Assembly: GCA_002633005.1 (NCBI GenBank)
Contig: NMRA01000600.1
Span: forward strand, 62,001 to 126,000
Source of the DNA: Phoronis australis
Lineage: Eukaryota > Animalia > Phoronida
DNA length: 64,000 bases
Direction: 5' to 3'
Below the pieces are notes generated by a model, which ran no database searches, was not told where the DNA came from, and saw only the letters and a list, made by a program, of their open reading frames with translations. Positions 45,879 through 59,706 of the stretch are shown here, in pieces (the stretch's first letter is position 1; each line of letters starts with the position of its first letter). A program made the translations under genes and the position numbers.

Positions 45879-48800
45879 TGGTATTCCCAAGTGGGAAAAG
45901 ACGAATTCCTTCCAGTCTGTTTAGATTTCTGCAATCTTAACTAGAGATTACGCGATTTGACCAGCAAATGACGCGTATGAAAAATGATGTTTTATACTTT
46001 TGCCGTAGTCTGAACTTTGTTAATGGTTGATCAGTGCCCGACCTGCTGCAGTGTGCTCGTATTTTTGAGGTGCTGAAAACAAGGAATTCATTTACGGTAT
46101 TGTTACCGAACGTTTCTTCTCTAGGCCTACTAAGGAATTTGCATTTTATTGGAGAGTTAACCTGACAGTCGGCCAAAGAAAAGTTTTGTCCATTTTCCGA
46201 TCCACGGCTGCAAATACTTTAGAAGTGGGAAAGGCGTTGGAATTAAGATAGAATTATTCTACACTCACTGCGGTGAATGCGTAAGTACAATGTACCAGTA
46301 GGTGATTCTTGGTCTGATGGCTTCCGAGGGTTGACTCAGTTCAAACCAACAAAGTGTATACATGTGAATAAAGAAGCAAGATGTTTTGTCCACTGAATGT
46401 TTTGAAGTAGGCTAAAGAAATGTGAAAAGGTGAAAATTGTCACTGCCGTACCTGATTTTGTAGCCTATTGATCAAGCAAACGGAACGGCGCAAAATAGTG
46501 TTATTCATCCTCAAACGTCGAGTGCTGTAAAATAGTTTCAATAAATATGTTGACCTTGACCTCATTCCATTGTTACACAACATTAGATTCCGTACAAAAG
46601 TTTAATAAAACCTGTTTTGGCATCCCGCTAGAACATGGTCATGGCCTCTCTGACCCGCCGCCATGCGGTTGGTTTGTTGCAGCGCCCGCAGTGATTACGA
46701 AGATCAAATTACCACCTCATCACTGTGAATTCATGAATTTGTACTGACCATATGTTTTACACTGTGAGGACGGTTCAGCAACTTTAGGACCTATACGCTA
46801 CTACCTCTCTAATAAGGAAGACTTCGCGAAATATTTCCATGCATTTCAAATGAGAACACGTGACTTAGGCTAGATTTTCCAACCGCCAGACACTTACTGA
46901 ACTCTACACGGGCTTAGCGAAGCCCTAGTTACCTGATGCACCTGTCCATACGTTCAGTCGAGGTGGGCAAGCATGTGTCATGGCGCTAATTGTCACGCAG
47001 CGGAGTTATTTTGCACCCCGTGTCAACTCGTTTATTCCTTGCACGACTTTGGTTACTAAAATTAAATATTCATGGTATTATAAAAGCTGTCGGCTAAACT
47101 ATTTTTGAAAAGATCTATGCACGGACGAAAACGCACGCCATGAAACACACATGCAGTGGCGATAGTCGCCTACGCGACTATAAGCTTTGGTGCATGTGTC
47201 TATAACGGGCAGATCGCACGAAAACGCTTGAGCAAAGATATCATTGAGAAGCCAACACGACTGAAGTGCATGGGTACAAGAAATTTGACAGTTTCTATCA
47301 GCATTCGTTTCCCTTGCCAGAAACGAAATGGCATCCTGTCAGACCTTCATGCCCTAGAAATTTACGTCCAAACAAAAGCTGCAGGGTATGCGGAAGCACT
47401 TTTCTGTCTCTAATATTACGTACCCGTTTACATAACTCCATTACATCGCTTCGTTTGCAGCGTCGTCCGCACTAACCCGATGGTTTTAATCATACACACA
47501 GCCTGGTCTCCCGGGCTCATGAAGTCAAGTTTACTGTCTTTGTCTTTCGTTCAAAGACAGTTTCACATACCGTCGCATGTTGATGAAGCATCCACATCTG
47601 AGTAAGGTACAGTTGTTTATGACTTAAATATATGAGTTGTGTGTTTTGTTTCGGGCTGCTATGAAGATAATTTTGAAAGATATTTTTTTCGTCACTTTCC
47701 AAACTTTAGGAAATCGATCGATTTAGAAACTGAACATTTTGGGAACTACACCTCCGTAGCATATGGATTCGTTTTGTTCACAATCAACTTATTTAGCTCA
47801 TAAAAAGTGCTGTTCACGAAACTTGGTCTGCGTCTTCATAGCACGAACAGGAATTCTAAAATTTAAATTAAGGAACTTGGCATTCAACTCTTTTTTTAAT
47901 AAATGAAGATTTAAGTGAATATTCTTAATAATTTCGGTTTAGGTTAATAGTGGAAGATTTTGACTCAAACAAATCAGAGAAAGTGACCTATTTAGTATGC
48001 TCTGTGCATGTATTTCTGCTGGCGGGACAGAAACGACTGCGGTCATTCTAAACCATATTTGTAACCACGCGTCATGCACATACTGATGTTGCAAACGCGG
48101 CGTCCCACTCCCAGTCTCTCAATATTCTCAATAACTTGTTACACTCGCGACATCTAGCGAGCAGACGAGGTATGACATGTGACGTATTTCAATTGATTTA
48201 AAATATATCTCAAACTCGTTCTTCCTGGCGTCGTACGCGATTTTTACTCCTTGAAACGAAAACCTGTCAGCGTAAAGTCTCGAACAATATTTGAAACGTC
48301 AATTAATGCTCTGAAACTTGTATGCAAATGAAGTAGGGGAGATTCAACAATATGGAAATGATGAATTTTAATTAAACTTTGAGTTACTATCGCATGTTTG
48401 AGACACTCATTTCAGTTCAGTTTTATCATCCGGGTAATATAATCCTGTCGGCGCCGGCTCACACCACATCACGAGTGTAAAAAGTTACTAAGAGACTGTG
48501 TCTCGGTGCCGACTGGGGGCCAGTTCGTTTCGTTATGTCACCCGCCAAGCTAACGAGATCAAGGGTAGTATCAAATTCCAAACTAGAACAAATCAAATTA
48601 GCCACTGACTGCCGGGGAGTTATAAGGAGCAAATTACTGTCACAAATTAATAATATCCTACAATAAATGTTAAATCTAAAATCAAGCAGCACTAAAAACA
48701 GCAATATTCCGAAAAATGAGTTGTCAAGAATTCGAATATAACACGTGAATATACGCGCCTTCCGACATGACGCCAAATTGTAGGCTGCTGTAGCGTTTGC

Positions 48801-49088
48801 GCCCAGTCGACATAACTGTATCCTTTGAGAAGTGTTATTGAGATAATGAACAGACCAACATCACAACATCGTTCATCAGTTGGAATCTAATCACATCCAA
48901 CAACTGTGTTGCTAACCCTGAGCCTGACAATTCTGGTAAGTTACCACTTATAGCTAATTTGACAAATAAAAATCTAATCGAAAGTAAATCGAATCGAATT
49001 CCTACAAACATATGAACCGTTTCACTTCTAACAAAATCCCACATTTCGGTTAAGTACAATTTACTGTATGTATTAAAGTTTCTTAATC

Positions 49089-49217
49089 TGGCTTAGATGA
49101 CGTCATTTGTAAGTATTCATCTTTTTAACGTGGCTTAGATCACGTCATATGTATGTTTTCATCTTTCTTAACGTGGCTTAGATAACGTCACATGTATGTT
49201 TTCATCTTTCTTAACGT
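49089..49217. repeat. ~42-bp tandem repeat x3 (tggcttagatNacgtcaNNtgtatgttttcatctttcttaacg)
   Basis: Directly visible. Confidence 0.8.
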
Positions 49218-52056
49218 TATCTCAAACCTTATTTATTGGCTTCAATTGTATCTCGTATATCAAAAAACTAGACCTTGTCATCTAGTAAAATTATATACTT
49301 TCTGAAAACAAAACAGATCAGGGAGTTTAAAAGTATATTTTCATTCGCGCACCACACCTTTTTTGAGTCAAAAAATAGTTTTTAAGAAATGTACATTCAT
49401 AGCAAAATAACCCCTCTGTCGATTTTAATAAAACCATTTTGAAATGAACTTCATCAGTTACCTTAAAACACTACTAGGAATTTTGGATCGTTTGGTTTCT
49501 GTAACAAATCAACTCGCAATACGTAACGTATTTCTGTAAAAAATAGCAGTCGTATTCGTCTTTGTTACTTTCGTCTTTGTTCCATTACTAAAGAACTACC
49601 TCTTCATATCGAAAATCCTAACAAGATTTTTGAGATTGATGAATAAAGTTTGGAAAGTTTCAACGAAATCCACTGATCCATATTTGAGAAACTGTGTACC
49701 TAAGTTCAAATTTTGTCGATTTACCGAAGTTCAGATAAAGCCGATTAAATCGTGAGCCGTGAAAGTCTCAAGGTTCTCTGTTAATTATTCGGTGAAAACT
49801 TGTTTTTGGTTAATACCTTTACACCCCTTAGCAACGTTCATTATTTCAACATTCATGCCCAATGTCTTCTGAAATTGCAGAGCGAAATTAACTTAATTAC
49901 CACAAAAACGTTTAATTTGAACCAAGTCGATATCGAATTCAATAATTAGGTCACGGGCGGAACCAACAAACATGTACATGTATTAAGTGGGTCAAGCTGG
50001 TGCATTGTGGTCCACTTTAAAGCAGGTCAACACTTCATTGTTAGATACACAACGCGCTGGGAGACTGATATGAAACCCAAGTACGAAATGGATATAGAAA
50101 TCAGGTCGGTGGTTTAAGAGACATAGGACGCGAAAGCTCGTCAAAAATATCATTTAAACAATTCTTAACGAAAGAACCGTCTCGCAACATCCAGTACAGA
50201 CTAAATCATTTTCTCCTGCGAGGAAATTGTCAGAAAGAATCGCAAAATTCACGATTTTTGAAATAAGCGCGAAGGAAAAACCCTGTGGTTACCACATAGT
50301 TTCTAATCCCTCTCCAACTTATGACAGATGTGTGCATGCGTTCACAGTTAATTGCTTGAAATCGTTTGAGTTCAAAGGTTCCATTTTCCACATCAGGGAA
50401 ATGTGCTACGTCTTGCCATACTAAATAAGGAGACGTGCTTTGCCTTGTGGGAAAAAATCAACGACGTGGCGTGCAGTTGACACATCATTTTTTGAAGTTT
50501 GATACTAAAACAAAATGCTTTGATATGAACAAAAATTAAAAATCTTTACAACCAAACCCTAAAATAATGAGCAGGTTGAATTCTGTTTCAGTTTCAGAGA
50601 ACCACTCTCAAAGTTACGGTTTCAATGGGGTCTCTTTTTCGCGTTCCAGGCCCCTTTAAAGCAAGTCATGAGCATGAGATCGAAACAGCTAAATGCCAAA
50701 TTACCCGAATTAAAAGGAATTTTGGTGAGGATTTATCTCTTTTCACAAGTTGCTGGATTCGTGAACACTAAGTCACAGAGGCGTGATGCGACTCGTAGCA
50801 TTCGTTCTCAACAGTCGTACATGTATGCAGACACGCAACTCTCTTAGGATCAAAGCTACGTTTTGCCTCCGTTTTCACCGGCATCTTTCTTTCATATGTT
50901 CACGTCGTTGACATAAAATTATGGCGACTCGGTGAATGAAAGGATTGAGGGTATTCAGTGGCGGATCCACGTTTTCAGTAAGGAGGGGGGTTTAGGATTT
51001 CCGCAAAGGTCGAATCCTAGGCGCGTGGCGCCGAGCGGGGGGAGGTTCCCCCTCCCGTGTAAGACATTATTTGTTTTTGTAGCCAAATAGTGAAACTTTC
51101 ATGCATCCTGGTAAATTTTTGGCACTTGACATGTCTCTGGAGTTTTCTTAAGATAATTAAAATCTCTTCTTGATTTCGTCACATGAACTTGGCTCAAAAT
51201 TTTCGTGAAACCATATAGTGCACATAGGGGTATGAGTCACGACACCAGCAAAATTTTTTGTTGGAACATCTGCTTACACACACCTTTTAACATACGAAAA
51301 GTAATATACGAAAAAAGTGTGGTGTGTATACAGGGGTTTAGACAACTTCCAAATATTCAAGAGCATAAGGAGCACCGACGGGGCGTAAAAACTTGAATAT
51401 CAGATGATTGCGTAAAAGCAGCCTCAAGTTGTTTAGGAGCGAAGACATGTACTGTTAGTCCAGAAATAAACATGTGTTCTGTCTCGTTTCGAGAGAAACT
51501 GGTGAACGATGGTGCTCTCAACTTAATTATAGTCTAACATTATTAAAAATGACAATAAATAATTAAGTACCACTTTATTAAGCTGTAACACGCTGACAAC
51601 AATTGAAAAACGTAAAATGTTTCAGGAAACAAATCATCTGAAAACAGTTTCACGAAACCAAAACATCCTGTGCACAGTGGTGAAAAGAAATACTGGACTA
51701 GTTTGCAGAGGGACCAGATGTACACTGAGAGTACACAAAAAGGCTGACCTGGTCCGTCACGAGACCAAGAATACACCTGAGCTTATTATCCCAATAAAAA
51801 TAGTCGATCTGTCGCGGGACCAAACAATACTGGCTGAGATAAATAGTTTTACAAAGCACACCTTGGTAAAAAAAATCACAAGACTAGTTCGCCGAGGGAC
51901 CAGAAGTAGTACACTAAAACTCGACGTCTACACAAGTCAAGCTGGCCTGGTCCGTCGCGGGACGTACATGTAAAGTGTACTATGCAAAAAATTTTGAATT
52001 GAAAACTTCTCTCTAGACACTTTTTAATCCCCAGTGGTTACTTATGCGTTAGACAA

Positions 52057-52300
52057 GTCCTATCCTTCTGTTGTCTAGACTGCCGAGGAATTTGAATATC
52101 GGATCCAGTGGTTTGCTCGTCTTGGAACCATTTTAACCAGATATCTTCGATGTTTGTTCCCAACGCTTGCACTTCGTCAACTGCTGTGTCAATGAGCTTG
52201 TAAGCCTCTACAATGTCAGCATCGCGTTTCGCAGCTCAGTTGGCACTAAGACCCTTGGGGTTATCAAGTCCATTCAAAAGACTTACATGCGCAACTAAAT
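52057..52300 (-). pseudogene. Decayed hAT transposase fragment (P52rIPK/THAP12-like clade)
   Basis: The minus frame reads LVAHVSLLNGLDNPKGLSAN*AAKRDADIVEAYKLIDTAVDEVQALGTNIEDIWLKWF...IPRQSRQQKDR, which resembles this hAT clade from memory and contains a stop. Confidence 0.6.
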
Positions 52301-55300
52301 TTGATCCGTTCATCATGGACTACTTCAAACCTTGACGATGTATCACAGGACCTATTTGCATCTCGTGCAATTTTCGAAATAAACGTCCCAATGTCTGAAC
52401 GCTTGAAACCCGAAGTACTAACATCAAATAAATGCCCATAGGCATGAGCGTTTCATAGGGTGGGCCTTTCTGCGGTAATTCCCAGTATAGAAGACGGCAG
52501 TGTGCTTATAGTTGCAGGTAAAAAGACGGTTGGTGCTGAAGTCGGAACTAGGGCTCCTTAGGAGGCCTATTGAACATTGCACGAGTCCTGCAAGACTTTG
52601 TTGTGGAAGAACAGCCTCCTCACAATTTCTGGTACTGTACGCTGTCGCAAATGCGGTCCACTTTGTCAATGTGAGTGCCCCCTTGGTCATTCCTTGTATG
52701 GACATAACTTGATAGCGTTTATCTTCAAACGGACTCGCGACCAGATCACGGCGCCCGCCACAATAGCAATTCTTCGGAAAAAGATTTGTTTTCAAATATA
52801 TTACATGTACATGTACACTGTATGATATTGCGCAAGGCAACTTTACTATACATCAGTTACAAACGCGTGGAGTGTAATAGAATGGCACGGCATGACAGAT
52901 GAGGTAAAAACGTTGCACGTCAAATCGCTTGAATATCAGGGTTGCGGCACCACAGTATTTCCCCTAATCAAATCAAAACATATCTTAGAGTAAAGAAGCT
53001 AGGTACCTAAAGAAATCGGCTATAGAACTGCTCTTTCAGCGGTGAATCCATCTAAAATGCTTGGCTACTTCAGCAGTGTCGACGGAAGTGCGCGCACAAT
53101 TGATCTCCGCGCGTTTTGCCGATGAGCCACGAAGACTCCGCAATTCACAATGCAAAAATAATATTTTAAGAGTGAAGCACCCCCCTCAATTTTTTCCAAG
53201 TTGGTTTACTTGGGGTTTACACACGCTAGCGGTGACGTTTTTGTTTTGCTGGAGACGCTCTTGTTTTTTATTTTTGGTCCTGGCCCAAGGGGTGTGGTTT
53301 AAACCCCCTGAACCCCCCCCCCGTAGATCGCCATTGTACGGAGCTGCTCTGGCATAATGGTGAATGTGGCCAAAACCCTTTTGTCTACCTAACATCACAC
53401 GCATGCTAGCGCCCCCCAATGGAGGTTAGGAGACTTCGCACTGGTAACCTGCCCTTGTAGAGCCGTTAGTTTGTTTGACGCAACTGATAACTAGACTCAG
53501 GGTGATGACAACATTTTGTATCAAACAAAGATACTCTATACCGATATATTTGTTTGTATGCCAGACCACGGACAGTGCTGTTCTTGAATGGAACCATTTA
53601 CGGATATTTAGGCAAACCTTTGGCAAAAGTGAGTCGACTTCTGAACAAAAACATATTGTGGCCGGTCGACATAACTTTCAAAATTTTAATGAAAAACAAA
53701 ATAACCGAATGCTTTTCCACATTCCACTCACAGACAGCAGATGTCTTATCACTGCCGTAAATCACGAGAAGCTGAATCGTAAACACAAGCTCTGCATACT
53801 TGAGTAACGTGGACATTCGCAGTACCCGCAGACACAGGACCCAGTTCAGACACTCAACTGAGCAAACGTATTTATCATGCCGCAACCTCAGACTTACAAT
53901 GTTACACATCACAAACACATTCTTAATTCTCAGATTTTGAGGATTGACGAAAGTCACGATACATAGAAGTATCCAAATCTGTATGTGACTCGTCTGATGC
54001 TACCTGTACTTGTACTTGGTCCGCGGTACTGAGTGATAGGCTAAATTAGTGGTTAACTCGGGTTACGAGTTCTCATGGCCTCCACTGGGGACAAAAGGGT
54101 TTTTGTCAACATTCACCATTCTGCGCTGCTCTGTGCCTAGCCGGCGGGATATTCGACTTGAGTGACAGCCTCGTGACTTGTGATGACCCCGGATAAGTTG
54201 TAAACAAATTCCCGCGCATTTGTGAAGTTCCAAGGTGGTTCTGCTAAATCTTGTTAGCTCGATACACAGTGTATAGGTATTCGAAGTACACCGTTAGTGA
54301 AAATAGGGTATTTTGCTAGACATATGTGAAAATTGTAAAAATTACCTTTATTGTGAATAAGGTTCGAGATATCCTTAACTCATTCGACCCTGAGCACCAA
54401 CATGGCATCAACAGCTTAATGGCCTGGCTGAGCTGTGGAATGTCTACCCCCTTGAAGTCGGAGGGTATTTCACTCAGAACTAGGTCAGAAGCACTGCACA
54501 AACCTCGTCACTCAGTCATTAGTAAACATATACTTACCAAATTTTCAGCAACACATCTTGAGTAAATGAGCTTCATGTTAATATACAATTTATCTTAAGT
54601 TCAATATTGCGAAAGAGTTAAAACAAACAGTTTCACTTTTTGTTTTCTAGAAACAAAGACATTTCATTTACAAATAATCCATTTAAATTTCCAGAAAACA
54701 TGTCAAGAAAGTTTTCTATGTGGCATATCCCCATCATAATCTAGATCACTGTATCTAAATCTTACCACTGTGTGCCATCAGTATCCACACTTTCATATCC
54801 ATAATCACTGAAGTCTATATCTAAATGTGACCAATGTCATCAGTATCCACACTATCCTCCATAACAAAAACTTCAAGAACTCTGAGAGGCCAGCAGAGTG
54901 AGTATGTGCAAAGTGCTAGTCACAGAGTAGTAATGGAACATTTTGTTGTTGTTTCTGGTGATGATTAAGTGGTGACAGCAGTGTTATGTAAAAACCAATT
55001 AGGCTCCAATTCAGGGCAGCTAGCTCCATTCTAGTCTTCAAATCAAACAAATATGCTATATTTCATGGAGAAATATCTCTATAACCTTTCAAAAGTTACT
55101 AAAACAGCCACTACAAAATTAACATGCTTCCTGGTTTTTCCTTGAATTGATAATTTTCTTGTGAAGAAATGGTTCTAAACTCCAGAAAAACAACCAATAG
55201 GCATTAACTTCACAAACAACAAGTTGATACAGAGTCAGGTGTCTCAATCGTCATTGGACAGAAAACTGGGAATACCCAAGATATACATGTATTTAATAAA

Positions 55301-55369
55301 CCAATAAGTTGCTGCCTTCGATCCCTCCTGAAGGCGTGATCCGCCTGTGAGATACATTGTTTAGATAAC

Positions 55370-58300
55370 GCCTGATACGCCGTAAAGTGTAACAATTTCG
55401 TAAAATGTAACAATTGTTACATTTTACGTTGCTAGGCCTCTCCTAAAATGTAACAAGTTTCTACATTTTATGAAATTGTTACAATTTACGTCGAATGCAC
55501 ATGCGAGAAATGTACCATTGTTACATTTTACGAAAGCGACGTCATAGTTCATGAGCTTGCATGGCATTTGTCACACGGGGAAAACCGTTGACACACTTAA
55601 AGCCTTCTTTCTCGGATTGCGTGAATGAAATTCTAACAAATACATGTATGCCAGGTTGACTTTAAAGATGTATCCCTATGAACTTTTCATGTTTTTTAAC
55701 GTGAGTTGTTTCATGGTATAGTAAAAATGTACAGCGTACATTTTCAACTCCACACGAAATGAGTTCCCAGGATCAGGTAACAAGTTTTCTACCGTTAAGC
55801 CGTTCTTGCAAGCTTTTGTTGACGCTCATAAACCAATTGTGTATCCGACATTACAGTAAACACACTGCCCTTGGTAAAAACAACAATGACATCGTATTTG
55901 GCTAATATTTATCGTATTTCTTCGGGAACGAACGACAATAATTTCTTTCATAGAGAATTCAATTTCGGAAGCCAATTTGATAGAAAAAAACAGTTTTAGT
56001 CCACGATAGTTTGGTTTATTTCGGCCAGTGTTTTATTGCCTGGGAGTCATCGCTAATGCAGCAATTGCCCTGATTCACACAAAAAAGGAGCAAAACCAAA
56101 GTTCCTGATGCCGGAGGGTGCTGTCTACCACCTTAGTTACGAATAACAATTTCTTTAAGACATTGTGGTGGAAGGAAATAAAAGCACGCAGATTTTGTGA
56201 AAGCAACAGCAAAATATCGCCTTTGAGAAGGGCGAGCCATTAGCTTAAAAAAGTGGCGGCATAGTAACAAAAGAAATATCACAGTTCCTATGACGTCAAG
56301 CTTGTCTGAAATACTAGTGGTAAAAATAGGTCAAACCGTGAAGTGTATATGTAAAATGGGATGTCTAGCTGGGGAAATAGAAAATATTTTGCACTCTGAA
56401 GGGACATGATTCAAACCTAGTCTAGGTCGATAGTGTAAAGGGCAATAGTCCAAAAAAGCTAACTGTCGGCTCTTGGGACTAAAACATACACTTTCTCTTT
56501 CCATTATTTTTTAATATAAAATATGAAATAAAATTGCTATTTGGTCAATGGTCGTTAGTTCGAAGTACGTATAAATAAGGACAAAGAATGGAATTCTATT
56601 ATTAATTGACGTGAAGTCACGTGTATCATGTGGCGCCACTTTTTGTGTTGCAGATCGCAGATAAGGGAATTTGGTATATTAATCCTTTTGATGCTTAGCA
56701 TTAATTGCTCGTATTAAACATGGCTGACTGCGACGTTGGTGGTTTTTGTTCCATGCAATCCATTTTCAATGAAACCTGGTTCAAATCATTCTGTTAAATC
56801 ACTGTGCTTTTCTAAGAATATTGGGACCCATTCCACATACAATTGTTGCGTGTTTTGTATGTCCTTACCAGCTATTCTAATGACCCGGTGACCGCAGCCG
56901 ACTACCCGTTAGTTCTCGAAAAATGTCTACCTCCAGAGATCAACTTAACCCAATTTTTGAACTTACACATCATCGAGAAACGATCCCCAGTTCTTTAACA
57001 AGGAATGTCTTCAACAAGTCAGAGAAAATATTGCGCTCTGAATGCAGTTCTTCGTGGCAAACTAAAGATGGATATAGTTATATTTACAAATAATACAGTG
57101 CTTGCCGATAGTTCAGAAATAATCAATTTTTGAAGTTGGCGCACGCCTAAACAAGATTTCAATTCTCAGCCTCCCTGTTTTAAAAAAATAGGCCTAGTCT
57201 GCATCCACAGCTGTCAAGTCACTCCTCCCAATATCGTTAAAGCTGAACATAGGAGCCCCTTTAAAATCCTTTTGGAACAGCACTCGCCGTCCACTATGGA
57301 AAGCCCGGTGAAAACATTGAACCATAAATGAGATGATTTTAAAATCTTTGAGGAGCACGATGCATTAGCACTTTGCTAATCCTGTATTGTGTTCTCAATA
57401 AATAAATTTAAAAATATTAATAATATTAATAATAACGATAACGAAAACGATAACGAGTAATACAAGTGATAGTAGTAATAGTATTAATAGTAGGAACAGT
57501 AGTGATAGTAAGGTAATACTAATAAAATGATAATAGTTAGCCAAATTCATGTCGTGTCAGCTCGTGTCATTCCTATAGAAGATGTATAACAGAGGAGGCC
57601 TCGCTTTTGAGGCCTGAAATTCAATTTTTTGCCTATGTCATTTTAATAAGAATAAGTCATTTTAAATAATAAGCTGTTGTATACGAAAAATGCAGGCCAA
57701 AAGGGTGTGTTTTCACAGAAAAATACTCTCCAAAATGGCGCCATTTTCGACAAAACTATATCTAAAAGGTGGCTTTCCCGAATTTCTGGAACAGAAGTTT
57801 GCGAATACACAAACCAGTCTCTAAAAATGGGTCACTTTTTTGTTCGATCCCACTCTCTAAACGGGTAGGTACATGTACATGTAGGTGCGTCGCAAGCTCT
57901 GTTTCCAGAGATACAAAAGAGACGGTGTATAGGCGAATATAAGGTCATTTATTATGACTGATAAGGTAAAGAAATATGAGTGTACAAATAACATAAAAAT
58001 AAAATAATAATCTCTGGAAAAATGAAGAGAGATTAGCTCGAACCTAAGTGCTGCAAAGCGAAGTACAGATGGCACGAAATATAACTTTCTTGAGAACAAA
58101 GGAGCCTTATGACACGTGACAATCATCAGCCTATGGGAGCCAGGAGCTGACCGAACTCNCTCTCTAAACGGGTAGGTACATGTAGGTATTCAAGTTTTAC
58201 GGGCGGCACTCCTCGTCCAAAAATGCTGCAGTACCCCCGGCCGTGTCAGATACCACTTTTTCGTGATTTTCGTCATTTTCTTTGCAATATGACGTGGGTT

Positions 58301-59706
58301 TCGTAAAATGTAACAATAGTACAATTTCTCCCATGTGCGTTCAACGTGAAATGTGACAACTACGTAAAATGTAACAACTTGTTACATTTTAGGAGAGGCT
58401 TAGCAACGCAGACCTGTGCACCATACGCAAAAATGCGGATTCGTACGGAAATCAAGCCTCCAGTACGCAGGTACGCACGGCCAGGCAAAAATACGCAAAT
58501 TCAGCAAATTCAAAAGAGATTATTAATTCGCTTGCTTCTCGCAGATTTGTAGTCTAAACAGACGAGGGAGGAAGGAGTTTTTAAGTTAGAAATGAAAAAA
58601 AGCATATTGAAAAATCATTATTTTGTTCAAAATTTGAGCTACAAACTCTTAAAACTTCCTTCGTTTCATTCTCGAAATACATGTAGTCTGATAATCGGCA
58701 AATCGCGAGGCATCTTCTATCGGTATGTGTTTCACAGACCTAACCTAAAAAGCAACGACTTCTGTAAGTTGTGCATTGCTTACTTCGTCTAATTCCGGGT
58801 AAATACGTACTGTTGACAAAATGGTAAAGCACGTGTGGTCGCATATTCCGAGCTGTCAAGAAAGTAGCTTCTGAAAGAAGGGAACATCTGTTTTTGCGAG
58901 GTTATTCCAAAGAATGACAATGCCTTATCCAAGGGACATGGTGACTGCACGGACTTAGTCATAGCGTGTTGAGCTGACGATAATACTCGAGCCACAGTCG
59001 AGCCTCGAGGTCTCAAGGAGTCAAGCCTCGTCTCAAGGTCTTTTCTCATGCAGTATGGTGGTACGTGACCACAGACACTTGCGATGAATAATTATTCAAA
59101 ACTTTTGTGAATGGTTAAGAAAATATCGATGCAAAACATTGTCCAGTGCAGATTCGTCAACACGTTTTTGCAGATATGTTGTTGTGTTATGAAATGACGT
59201 GTATATTAGGCATACAATGTATATTAACTTAACTGTGTTCAGTAAGGACATTTGATTAACAGGACCTTTTCACTATGCGCGTTGTCCTTCAACTCAACAA
59301 CTTAAGTTATTCTGAAAATTGGTGATCAATTCACTACGTGTGTTTGAGAGGCAAGCAAGTAGGAAAAGTACCTATACGCGTACCCAGGGGGTTGAATGAA
59401 TCCCAAAACCGAAAGTCCAAGGAAACAAGACAAAAGTACTCTAAAGAGGCAAGAATTCGGCGCGAAAGGTCTGAACGCTAAGCAAAGCCCCCTCCTTTTT
59501 TTAGTCGGTCAGATGATGAAAGTAAATTTGGTCTGTACGTGGGAATCTGCGAATTTACTGGAAAATCTGCAAATTTGGCGTTCGGAGTACTCCAATGCAG
59601 TTTGGGTGGTACACAGGTCTGGCAACGTAAAATGTATCAATGACGTAAAATGTAACAGTTGTTACATTTTACGAAATCGTATCAAAACCTCCAGACGGCA
59701 TCAGGC
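55370..59706. mobile_element. Large non-autonomous element whose ~180-bp inverted termini are built from cgtaaaatgtaaca/tgttacattttacg palindromes; right terminus split by a nested insertion
   Basis: 55427-55545 is the reverse complement of 58288-58408, and the outermost part resumes at 59622-59706. Confidence 0.75.
58409..59621. mobile_element. Nested non-autonomous DNA transposon with CAG...CTG termini and a 6-bp TSD (GCAACG)
   Basis: TIR cagacctgtgcacca / tggtacacaggtctg; gcaacg at 58403-58408 and 59622-59627. Confidence 0.85.

Noticed and set aside
57853-58185. ~278-bp segment identical to ~61208-61484, bracketed by a 25-bp direct repeat that looks like a long TSD
   Set aside because: It ends at a single N (58159) and is essentially an exact copy, so it is probably a scaffolding or gap-fill artefact rather than a retro-insertion.
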